Shown: positions 52,556-64,000 of the stretch, one piece after another
Layout: every line of letters begins with the position of its first letter
How positions within the stretch are numbered: the stretch's first letter is position 1
Source of the DNA: Macrostomum hystrix
Lineage: Eukaryota > Animalia > Platyhelminthes
Assembly (NCBI GenBank): GCA_950097015.1
Contig: CATNEN010000011.1
Coordinates: 3,658,001-3,722,000, forward strand
DNA: 64,000 nt
Reading direction: 5' to 3'
The notes under the pieces: generated by a model
Database searches by the model: none
The model's input: the letters and a program-made list of their open reading frames with translations, nothing else
What the model was told of the DNA's origin: nothing
Position numbers and translations under genes: made by a program

Positions 52556-53235
52556 ATTTTTGTCTAAGGTGAGAAGGAAGGTAAAGTGGAATTGCTAATA
52601 AGGCGTATGCCACGCGCATTACTAGAGACAGACAGAGACAGTCAGACAGTCACACTATATTCACCCCAGCTGCTAATGACGCTGCTAGAAAAGCCAAATT
52701 TCGTTAGCAAACAAACTCACCGACACTCCACTAAACAGAGAGAGAAATTGTCCCGTTCAGGCAGTTGCTAAAGTTCTAAATTTAGAATCCCTAGGTCTAT
52801 AAGATATTGCTATCAGTCAGTTTTAGAATTTCTCTATATAACTATACTATTATATATAATGCATGGGGTATGATTTCACCTCTGATTTCTGATCCGACGC
52901 ACCGGGAGTTATTTTCACCTCCCATTTCGTCCTGTCCTTCTCCCATTCTGAAAGCCAAGTTTCATTATCCCACCACTTCGTGGCACTGTCAATTTATCAT
53001 TTTGACAGCATTTTCATAGAACCTAGAGGAGAAACAGCCAGACTGGAAGTTTATCCCCTTATATCCCTTTGGTTATATGCCCTTATACTAGTTCTCACAT
53101 TGTGAACGTTTCTCCTAATTTTATTGATATAAAATGAACTAAAACTGTTATATTGATCCAGTTTTTTAGATTTTTTAGTGCGAAAAAAAAATTTTATTGT
53201 GTGTAAAACGCAGTAAAGTTTAACACGTTGGACCG

Positions 53236-53625
53236 TACCCTGAGCTCGATTCCGCGGCGAGGTAATATTCAATTGGGGCGCAGCAGCGGAGAGAAGGTTT
53301 GAAGGGTTTGTTGCAAGGGCAGATGTACACACCTTTGTGAGTGTGTGCCTTCATAGTGTCTGTGTGCGCGTGTGCCCAGGAATGACGCAAGGAGGTTTGT
53401 ACACCTGCCCTGACTTTCTCATCTTCAGGTAGTGTAACCATAGCTATCACTGTGCCTTGGAGGTTGGCCCTCAGTTATGGCGTATAATTTCCACGACAAG
53501 CCGCCAAGCCTTCTCTACGCGGCTGCGCCCCACCCCAAATGAATGTGGCCTCGTCGCGGAATCGAGCTCGGGGACCTCGATAGTGGGATAGTGCGATTTG
53601 TTAGACCGCTCCGCCACTGACCCCC
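53236..53625. mobile_element. Inverted pair of tRNA-derived SINE fragments (+ at ~53236-53320, - at ~53490-53625)
   Basis: The minus copy has an A-box (TGGCGGAGCGG) and a B-box-like GCTCGATTCC; both share GAGCTCGATTCCGCG.CGAGG...GGGGCGCAGC.GCG.AGAGAAGG. Confidence 0.6.
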
Positions 53626-55139
53626 TTGTGGTACAGACTATGCTGGTTATAGAATAGCTTTAATGGAAGCAGCTAATCAGTCCTTTTGGCCCAGAATACT
53701 TTCGCTCTGATAATCAAAGCGAACACGGCACGGCATTCCGGACTAACCAATTAAGCTAGATAATTGTCTAAAACCGTCTCATCGCTCTGAGTTTGTCTAG
53801 CGTTTCTGAAAATCTGTTTTGTTGGCTAATTGAAAAAGCAAAAAAGCAAATTAATTCTCAAAAGAATACATGCTTGACGTATCAACCAATTTGCAGAATC
53901 AATTAAGGCAGATGTTGTCGGCAAACATGACTAGCTAGAAGAAAATGAAAGCATTTGACTGGTTTTAATTTGTATAAAATCTGCTTTCCAATATAATTTT
54001 CAATTTTCAAGTGCAACTTTCGCACAGATTTGTGTAGTTGATTTAGTCAGAAATGCGAGGAGTATCGACAAAATCTTAGTTGCACTTGTTTCTGTAACAC
54101 GAGACGAAAATGTTGCAAAGGTGTTTCGATCATTAAATCTATGATTTGTTTGAAAAAAGCCCACGTTAAAGTCCAGAACAAGCTTGGAGCTAAAGTACAA
54201 TGAAACAAACGTCTAATTATGTCTCTATTACCTTGCTGGGTAGATCATAAACTAGATTTCCTCGAGTTAGATCATTTTAAGCAGGTTCATTCATAAGCAC
54301 CCTTTGTTTGTGAAATTTCCATTTTATTAATAAAATGTTGTGTTCTCAAGTGGTAGTGCTACTCAAGGACACTAGGAGTAGAATGACTGGAGACTAAGTT
54401 TCTTAGAAAAGGTTTAGGAAGCTGCTTTTTGCCTAAATACAAAGACCAAAAGATGAGCCTTTGATCCCTATCAGATCAGAAACAGTCACCAAGTCTTTGT
54501 ACTGTTTGTGCACAAGTCTGGTACCAAGTGGTACTTGTGTGGTACCGAGTCTGTGCACTCTGTGACCTCCCACGCCATTTTATCGACAACCTCAAAATGA
54601 TTTCTAACTGTCTCTCGAAAGCAAACTTTCTGGTGACATTTATTCTGAAACATTTAATCTCTTCTCAGGACGTGTCGCTAAATTTATCCTATTTCTTGGA
54701 AAAAAGAGGATTTCAAAGGTCTGAAATTGAGTAAGCATAATGCCGCTGACACAAAGGTGCACCCAGCAACAGCTGCCGATACCCAAAATCGATTCTTTCC
54801 CAGATCCCCAAAAACGCCGAAGCCGCTTACCCACAGAAAACCGGATGAGGTGTTGGAGGCGGAGTTACTCAGACACTCAACCAGACAGGGTGGGATAAGA
54901 GATCAATGTTTGAACGCTGCAGTGAAAGTGGAGACTTGCTAGCTGAAAGCTGGCACAGCTGATCGATCAGCATGCTGTAGCCATCACTGTGTTTCAATAT
55001 GCACAGCTAGTATGCATGCTGATGTGGATGCGAACTTTTCACTGCTCACTCGACCTCACGACTAACTCGATTTGTGAGAATAGTTCTCCAATCTTTAAAG
55101 ATTTCGAGTGCTTGTTCGAGTACGTTTTATGAGAATGTC

Positions 55140-55430
55140 TCATGTCTTGTACCTTCTATCTCCTGTCTTTTGTCTCTCGTTCATCTCATCCTGTCTCATG
55201 CTGTCTCCCAGTCTCTCATAGCCTATCTCATCCTGTCTCCTCCTGTCTCACATCCTGTCTCACATCCTGTCTCCTCCTGTCTCACATCCTGTCTCAATTC
55301 ATCGCATACTATCTCACAGCTTGTCTCATCCTGTCTCACAGCCTGTCTCACAGCCTGTCTCACAGCCTGTCTCATCCTGACTCACAGTCTGTCTCATCCT
55401 GTCTCACAGCCTGTCTCATTCTGTCTCCCT
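55140..55430. repeat. Degenerate CCTGTCTCACAG/CATC minisatellite
   Basis: Direct reading. Confidence 0.85.
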
Positions 55431-58168
55431 GAACCCTGAACTCATGCAGTCCAATACCTATCGCACTTTCCTCATCAGGCATCGCTGTGCAGCCAAGCAG
55501 AAAAGACAATCAGTTCCAAGCAGGAAAAAACTAACACCAAAGAGAAATTTTAACTCAAGCCGAGCTAGAAGCGAGTCAACGACCTTAAAGACCGGCCTAA
55601 TAGAGAACAGCCTAACTAAATAACAGACTTAACGGTGCAACTAAAGGAAGTGGAAAATTGCTCAATGGCTAGTTGAGAGGTTCTCATCACTGCACCCCAT
55701 TTGAGACTTTTCGATTGAATAGGTCTAGCGAATTAACAAAAGAGGAGCTAGCACCAGCCGATCTCTCGATCAAGAATCGTAGTATTAAAGTGTAAAATAA
55801 AAGAGAAAAGAAGGAAACGACTATCGAGATGGTGGGAGAATTCCAAACGACGCATTTGAGTGGTAGAAGTCACGCAAATATGATGGGTCCTTTTAATTAT
55901 TTCGAGCATCAGTTCGCGCATTCATTCAATTCGAGTCTTGGAAGTCAAGGCTCAATGATTTTTAGTTCGCTTCATTCTAGGATGAAATGAGCTATTGTCA
56001 CGAACGGGAGCCATACGGTGATCTTGCCTCTGCTTCGTGAAGCCTTTCAATAAATCTAGCTGCGTCTCTTGGACTTATTGCGTTGAAGGCATCCGTGACA
56101 GAATGGTCTCATGAAGGTCGAGCAACGTCCAATAAAGAAAGGCTTAGAATTCAGTTTTATTGCAGGGTGAGTGACAGCGCTCAAAGCAACTCTGTTACTC
56201 CCACTAATATCTCTGAGCAGTGAAGAAGCACATTCATTTTTGGCTTGTGCAATTCAAATCAATGTACTCTGCCCGACAAAAAATACACTGTAGATGCACA
56301 CGTAGAATGGTGTAAAAATGCAATAAAAGCTAAGATAAAAACAGTTCGGCTCAAAGTTGAAAGGCTAAAAGTAAAATTGGACACATTCCATCACCATACC
56401 CGGCCACACATTAACCAGTTGTTTTTCTGCCTTAAAAAGGTAGAGAAATTACTTCGATAGTTCTCCTAAATTATAGGTGCGCTCGTCATATTAGAAAATT
56501 GACCAGAAAATGTTCACAGTGGGGAGATGACAACGAGTGTATTTCAAATGCTCACTGTCTGCTTCACAATAGCTCCCAAACCGAATGACCAATTTTCGCA
56601 AAAGTGCGTTAAAGGGTTAATTTAAGAAGCCTTTGCCTTTTACAATGAAGCAACTTTCACAGCCATCCGACGTCAGCATCGTCGAGATATATCAAGCGAT
56701 TCTTGTCGAAGACACTGGTGACAAGGACAACAACGACGTCCCGACGAGAATCGTTGAATATCTCGACCATACCGACATTTTGTGATTCTGGAAGTTGTTT
56801 CATCAAATAGAGCGGAAAAATTGAGCCCCTGTTCTGCATTTTAATGGCCATTGAATATGTTGGGCGATACAGACAAGAAGAATTTTGGTATTTGAAATAT
56901 CCCTATGTTCTTCTTACTGTTAAGTGACTCTGGTGTCGAACGATTGAGATTAGTTCTGAATAATCAATTCCAAAGTGTCTCTTTCCAATCATTTCTAGAA
57001 GCTCCAATGAGCAATGGTTTGCCGCAATTAGCAATAGTCGATCACAATGCCCTCCACTGGACCCAATCCAGGTTGCTAGCAGTTCACCCACTTAACTAGC
57101 GAGCCAGGCGATTGATTGCCATGCAGCGAGACCAGGGGAAAATCGAGTAGTTTATTAAAGCAAAGGTGTGCAGGGATTGGAAGGCTGCGCCCAACCAGCC
57201 AGTTACAAATCCAGTTTTAACTGGAAGTCATGGCCACAGTGATGCACTGGTCAGTCTAGACCTGTCACCGCGTATATTGTGAAGGGGATGTTGGTATTGA
57301 AATCACGCCAAAATCTGATCCTAGTCTCAATTTCCTGGCTGAAGCATCCGTAACTACCGGATCAGGTTTTCCACTGCCGCTTAGTGAAAATCTAGAGTGA
57401 TACTGCATGGAGATTGAGTTATGCGTTGAGCATGTATATGGCCTTCAGAGTCACACGAGGCAGAACTCTGGCCAGATCTATTGGAGTAAGGATCTACTGC
57501 TCAGTTTTGCTATCTAATCGTAGTGTGTCGCCCAATTAATTGTAATTTAGTAGCTTTCGACTTGGTACAGTGAAGAAGACGGATCTTGTTTAGCCCTAAT
57601 GATCGAGTCAGGTAAATCTGCTGGAATGTGTAAAACAAGTTGTGAGAAGTATATTCTCAGGTCTATTAATTTGTCAGGATAATAAACAGGAAGACTTGGT
57701 TGTAAATGCTGAAAGCCAGGCCACGCTGCCAATTAGTGTAATTTTGCAATTACGCACTTAGTCATGGTCCCAGGGACAAGTATGTCTTCCCAATGCATTC
57801 GAGCGTGGCTTAGTTCGAGCACGGGCGGCCAGCACTCAAAGTCTTAGCCGCGTAATGAGAGCCAACCGAAAATATCGTTGTGTTCTGCTTGTCATTACCC
57901 CCTTGTCTCTATGCCCTGGCGAACCGGCCCACAACCACATTCGCTCCGTGACGCCCTAATGAGGTGTCTGGGCGATCTGGAGTAGCCATGAGGAGGCGGC
58001 AAGGCGGAAGTGCCCAAGAAGCGGAGTCTCTGAGACTAAGTCCGCCCGGAGGACGGGGCAGTTAGGACCGAGTGAAGCAGATCCTCAAGCCGGGTGCTCG
58101 AATGGAAAGCTTGTCAAAGCCTCTGTGTTTCTGTCTATCTCATTCTATATTTATTCCTTGAAGTTCAG

Positions 58169-58169
<1 letters not shown>

Positions 58170-58208
<39 letters not shown>
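58170..58208. repeat. (AGC)13 trinucleotide repeat in GPCR intron
   Basis: Direct reading. Confidence 0.95.
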
Positions 58209-58210
<2 letters not shown>

Positions 58211-58647
58211 CAGGCGAATTTCAGTTGGACTGACGACAAACTCGAATAAGATATAAGCACACTTGGAGGCTATTGAGTTGACAATACTCTGTCTCTTGTC
58301 TTGCTTTTTCTCATCCCGAACCATCACTGCTCGGACACCCGAGGAGTCACTCCAACTGCCCGAGCCCCAGGGCCTCCAACCAGTTGCCAGACTGCAGCCA
58401 TAAATATTTTCATACGCGCGGCTGTCCTTTTGTCCCAGCAGCTATTCAATTATCTCAGATTCAATGAGTAGATTTCCGAGCGTTTGATCAGGCGCGGCCA
58501 AGTTCATTAGTCATCAGCCAACGAAAAGTGCTCAATGCTCAAACACTGCGATTGTAAACAACAGGCACAATGTACGAGCTACTAATAAAATGCAGTTTCT
58601 TTATAAAAGAAGCCAAATAATTCACTCCAAAAACCACAATCCTGCAG

Positions 58648-60074
58648 GTAACATCGCCACATTGCCAAGAAGCGCTTGCCTGGTGTGGTACAGTCTAGAC
58701 GTGTTCTTCACAGCGTCCACAATCATTCACCTGTGCACAATCTCCATTGATCGCTACTTTGCGCTCAACAATCCGCTGAAGTATCACAGGCAGAAACGCA
58801 AATCAGCGCTGGTAGTGAAAATAGTTTGCACCTGGCTGATACCGTTCTCTATTGCCGGACCGCTGTTCGCATTCGCCCTGTGGCTGGACACGGCCGACGA
58901 AGACTCGTTCAAAGGCTGCGGACCGCACAATGCGTATTTCATCATCACAGCCACTGTGGTGACCTTCTTTCTGCCACTGATGATCATGACGGTCACCTAT
59001 GTGCTCACGGTGAGCACAATCGTGCGTCAGACAAAGGATGCGCGTGACCTGAACGCCTCGCTGCTGCCGCTGGTGCTTCGACCAAGCGCACAGGCGTTCG
59101 GCCTCAAGCGCGGCGCCGCCCGCGCCGCCGGCGGTCGCAAGAGCACCGGCCTACTCAACAGCCCATTCTTCAGCAGGCAGTCGTCGAGTTTTAGTAATCT
59201 GTTGCGCTCAAACAGTCATCAGCAACAGCAGCAGGAATCAATGTCTGCATCTTCGCCGTCATCGCCAAGGGCTTCTTCGACGTCGGCATCTGTCACGAGT
59301 CCAAGCAGACAGCGCCTGCTTCCGCCGGCCTCACCGGCCACCGCGTCAGTCAGGCATCGTCGATCTCATTCCCCGTCGCAGCTGTTGGAACCTCCACCAG
59401 CCATGTCGTCGTCACGTTCGCCAACCCGACAGGCTTCAGTAGGTGCAAACGAAAACGGCGATGCCAGCGGTGGTGGCAGCGGTGGGATGGTACGCCTCCT
59501 CCGAGTTCCTAGTCGAGTGTCGGTCTCTTCCGTCTACTCTGACGACGGCATGCTCATCCCGTCGTCCTCAACGGGACGTCGACGCGCTGATAGTATTTCC
59601 AGCGGCTGCGACTGCGCGGCCGAAGCCATCGAAACCACTGGAGGTGATGGAGCTGGTGGCTCAGCGGAAAAAAAGTTGAGCTTCTCACTGGTCACGCAGA
59701 ACGCTAAACGGACGTACAAGCCGACAACCAGCAGTGAGCAGAAGAAACGCATGGACTACATCCACCGCGGCTCCAAAGCTGTGCAAGTGTTGGGCATCCT
59801 ATTTGGCCTGTTCGTGGCGTGCTATCTACCGTTCTTCATAGCCTACCTGATTGACTATTTCTGTGTCGCCTGCCGCTTTGTGACGTCAACCATGGTGCCC
59901 ATTCTTGAGTGGGTGGCGTACAGCGCCTCAATGCTGAACCCGATCGTTTATCACTTCTTTAATCCGACATTTCGCAAGACCTTCCACAGGCTGATGCGCT
60001 GTCAGTGCCAGCGTTACGGCTCCGTGAAGCGGCCCAACTATGTTTTCACCTATAAGATCGGACGGCCGGCTTGA
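58648..60074 (+). CDS. Aminergic (5-HT2-like) GPCR, second coding exon (TM3-TM7, C-term)
   Basis: CTGCAG|GT acceptor, phase 1 matching exon 1. CLVWYSLDVFF..IHLCTISIDRY, FFLPL.IM.VTY, KAVQVLGI.F..F..CYLPFF, NPIVY..FN..FR. Joined product 574 aa with a long Ser-rich ICL3. Confidence 0.92.
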
Positions 60075-62204
60075 AGTTAAGAGACAAAAAATGTAAAAAA
60101 ATTTTAACGGTCAAAATATGGCTACCAAGTGTGCATGTATTTGGCTGAATTGTTTAACTGTGTAAAAAATATTTTTGTCTGCTATTTCTTTCTGAACTGT
60201 CTAGTATAACTGAACCATTGCTGTGCGTAAAAAATTTGAAACCGATTAACGTGCAGAAAATTTATCTTGTCGCATTTTCGCCCCGTCATATGGCAGTAAT
60301 TTAGTTCATTAAAAATAATTAAAAATGTGTTTACACGTTACTAAAAGAAGATTAGCAGATAAAGAAATCTTATTCACAAAGTGTATATATTCCTAATTAC
60401 TTAATTACATAAAAATTACCTCAAGTGATGACCTGACCTTACATGACATTACAATTAGATATTTTTGTTAATTTCTTTGTTAACTATTAATTAATTAATT
60501 TAATTTATTTTTAATAAAAAAAGAAAATCAATTTTGTTTAAAAAAACAGCGATAACTTAATTTTTATTTGACGGTCCTTTTAATTTTCGTTTTATTTAAA
60601 AACCTGAATAAATTCAGCTGAAAAATTATTTTTAATGAATAAATAAATATATTTTTAATAAATAAATAAATATACTTTTAATTTATTTATTCAATTTAAT
60701 TTAATTTATTAATTTAATTATCAATGAATTTGTTAATTAATTTGGTAATTAATAAAACTACAATATTTTCCGTATTTTACCTATTTTCACAGATGCAAAA
60801 GAAATTTATTTTCTTACTGGAAATGAAGCTATATTGTTTGTTTAAAAGCTTGTTTATCTTGTCCCATTATACTCTATTTCAAATCACGGTACGTTGTATT
60901 TTTGCCTGTCGATTACACAGGATTAGTTTTCTAAGGGGCTGCACTTAACTTAGTGATAAACTTGTCTATTGAAACAATATATATTAGCCCACACAAACAA
61001 TTTTTTCATATTTTTTGACGGATTCCAAACAATGCTTCACTGAACAAGTAAATAACGCGAAAGAGATTATTTGTCGCAGTTTTTCTAAGCTTTTTTTTTT
61101 AATTCGTTAAGCGAAGAATAACAAGTTGGTAAAAAGCACTTAGAGACAATTTTTAAGTTTTTTAGCACCAAAACTCACACAATGCCTTCGAGGAGGCAGG
61201 TGGGTAGGCAAGCTTTATAATTAAAGTACACTTCAATATATAAATGCCAGCCAATAGCTACAGATGGAATCGTTTCACGAAATAGGAAAAAAATGGACAC
61301 TAAAAATTCAATCACTTACCAGTAGAAATACCACGGCATTTAAAATACCTAGTGCCAGTTCCTAAACATGATGAAAAATTTTTAAGCAGAAAAATTAATA
61401 AAACTATTGGTAGTTTTCGCCACCAGACAACCCGACGAGAATTGTTGAATATCTCGACGATGTCGATGTTTCGCAATTCTGGAAGTTGTTTCACCGGATA
61501 GAGCGGAAAATGTTAGTCAATTCTCAGAGTTTTCATGCTGACTGGTTGAATATGTTGGCATTTGTAATAGCCCCGTGATCTTACTACTAGTAATAATCAA
61601 GACAATTCTGCCACTATAACATACCGGAAGTCTTAGACATAAAAATGTAAAAAGCATGTAATTGTCAACTGGCTACGTCTTTAAAAAATGTAATTTTACA
61701 ACGTTAAAATACAGAAGTACAAAATACAATCGTTTAATAGGCTTATTTTAACAATATAATCGAATCGTATTAAGTAACAAATTTACAGTAGTCCCAGCGA
61801 ATCATGCTACTAAACATTTTTAACTGAAATGTACGGTAGTCCTGGCTTTCTGATTATGCAAAAACAAATTATAAAAACTGACGATAAAAATGGTAGTCGC
61901 ACAATGTTACAAAGATGACAAAAATCAAAACAAAAATAAAATGTTCAATATCCTTACAGTAAACAGGTATCAATATTCTAACACAACAACGATTGGGTCT
62001 CTAGGGTTCCGTTTTGAGAAAAAATGCACACACAAAAAATCTAACAAGGGAGAACATCACTTAGTTCTTTCGCCACATCCGGTAGAACATCCAGTTGACA
62101 GTCACGGACCAGTTGCCCGCTTTGGCTTCCTCAAATTTCTTGCGAAAATGTCTCTCAGCTGCCTCCGGACTGGAATTGGACTGCAGACTCTCCTAGACAT
62201 TTGA

Positions 62205-64000
62205 TGAGGGATGAGACAGGGAGAGATGATACAGGGGAGAGATGAGATAGGGGAGAGATGAGACAGCGGAGTCATGAGACAAGGGAGAGATGAGACAGGG
62301 GAGAGATGAGACAGCGGAGTCATGAGAAAAGGGAGAGATGAGACAGGGGAGAGATGAGATAAGGGAGAGATGAGACAGCGGAGTCATGAGACAAGGGAGA
62401 GATGAGATAGGGGAGAGATGAGACAGCGGAGTCATGAGACAAGGGAGAGATGAGACAGGGGAGAGATGAGATAGGGGAGATATGAGATAAGGGAGAGATG
62501 AGACAGCGGAGTCATGAGACAAGGGAGAGATGAGACAGGGGAGAGATGAGACAGCGGAGTCATGAGACAAGGGAGAGATGAGACAGGGGAGAGATGAGAT
62601 AAGGGAGAGATGAGACAGCGGAGTCATGAGACAAGGGAGAGATGAGATAGGGGAGAGATGAGACAGCGGAGTCATGAGACAAGGGAGAGATGAGACAGGG
62701 GAGAGATGAGATAGGGGAGATATGAGATAAGGGAGAGATGAGACAGCGGAGTCATGAGACAAGGGAGAGATGAGACAGGGGAGAGATGAGACAGCGGAGT
62801 CATGAGACAAGGGAGAGATGAGACAGGGGAGAGATGAGATAGGGGAGTCATGAGAAAAGGGAGAGATGAGACAGGGGAGAGATGAGATAAGGGAGAGATG
62901 AGACAGCGGAGTCATGAGACAAGGGAGAGATGAGATAGGGGAGAGATGAGACAGCGGAGTCATGAGACAAGGGAGAGATGAGACAGGGGAGAGATGAGAT
63001 AGGGGAGATATGAGATAAGGGAGAGATGAGACAGCGGAGTCATGAGACAAGGGAGAGATGAGACAGGGGAGAGATGAGACAGCGGAGTCATGAGACAAGG
63101 GAGAGATGAGACAGGGGAGAGATGAGATAAGGGAGAGATGAGACAGCGGAGTCATGAGACAAGGGAGAGATGAGATAGGGGAGAGATGAGACAGCGGAGT
63201 CATGATACAAGGGAGAGATGAGACAGGGGAGAGATGAGATAGGGGAGATATGAGATAGGGGAGAGATGAGACAGCGGAGTCATGAGACAAGGGAGAGATG
63301 AGACAGCGGAGTCATGAGACAAGGGAGAGATGAGACAGGGGAGAGATGAGATAGGGGAGATATGAGATAGGGGAGAGATGAGACAGCGGAGTCATGAGAC
63401 AAGGGAGAGATGAGACAGCGGAGTCATGAGACAAGGGAGAGATGATACAGGGGAGAAATGAGATAGGGGAGATATGAGATAGGGGAGAGATGACATTAGG
63501 GAGAGATAAGACAGGGGAGAGATGAGATAAGGGAGAGATGAGACGGGGGAGAGATGAGATAAGGGAGAGATGAGACAGGGGAGAGATGAGACAGGGGAGA
63601 GATGAGATAGGGGAGATATGAGATAAGGGAGAGATGAGACAGCGGAGTCATGAGACAAGGGAGAGATGAGACAGGGGAGAGATGAGACAGCGGAGTCATG
63701 AGACAAGGGAGAGATGAGACAGGGGAGAGATGAGATAAGGGAGAGATGAGACAGCGGAGTCATGAGACAAGGGAGAGATGAGATAGGGGAGAGATGAGAC
63801 AGCGGAGTCATGAGACAAGGGAGAGATGAGACAGGGGAGAGATGAGATAGGGGAGATATGAGATAGGGGAGAGATGAGACAGCGGAGTCATGAGACAAGG
63901 GAGAGATGAGACAGCGGAGTCATGAGACAAGGGAGAGATGAGACAGGGGAGAGATGAGATAGGGGAGATATGAGATAGGGGAGAGATGAGACAGCGGAGT
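62205..64000. repeat. Composite 16-bp-unit minisatellite (GGGAGAGATGAGACAG / CGGAGTCATGAGACAA)
   Basis: Direct reading; runs off the window edge. Confidence 0.95.

Noticed and set aside
51453-52598. Four overlapping 320-380-aa ORFs
   Set aside because: Low-complexity pyrimidine/purine repeat.
56569-56620. piggyBac-like end (TTAACCCTTT on the minus strand) with similarity to 32917-32957
   Set aside because: The short dispersed similarity is real, but no matching opposite terminus or transposase was found, so no element can be delimited.
58590-58647. ATG at 58590 as the GPCR start
   Set aside because: It would give a receptor lacking TM1-2; an in-phase CAG acceptor at 58647 joins the upstream TM1-2 exon.
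62193-63898. 365-aa and 168-aa SHLSPVSSLP ORFs
   Set aside because: Translations of the terminal minisatellite.

Overview
Eukaryotic, intron-rich and extremely minisatellite-rich DNA from an invertebrate animal. The repeat landscape and gene families resemble the flatworm Macrostomum, but that identity is an inference. Genes: (1) the first four coding exons of an srGAP-type F-BAR gene on the minus strand, running off the left edge; (2) a divergently oriented two-exon gene fusing about 7 ankyrin repeats to a Mab-21/cGAS-like nucleotidyltransferase (ANK-cGLR); (3) a tail-to-tail pair of GT32 DxD glycosyltransferases, one intact and one pseudogene, separated by a complete but disabled Mag-type Ty3/Gypsy LTR retrotransposon (281-bp LTRs, GGAAG TSD); (4) a Shisa-like single-pass membrane protein; (5) a 5-HT2-like aminergic GPCR whose first coding exon is present twice because of a ~6-kb tandem duplication. 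The 5-kb intron of the intact GT32 gene holds a THAP relic, a permuted A-B-C-B-A repeat, and a 5'-truncated Penelope-like element bracketed by inverted repeats that carry a minimal hammerhead ribozyme motif. Most long ORFs in the supplied track are translations of tandem repeats.
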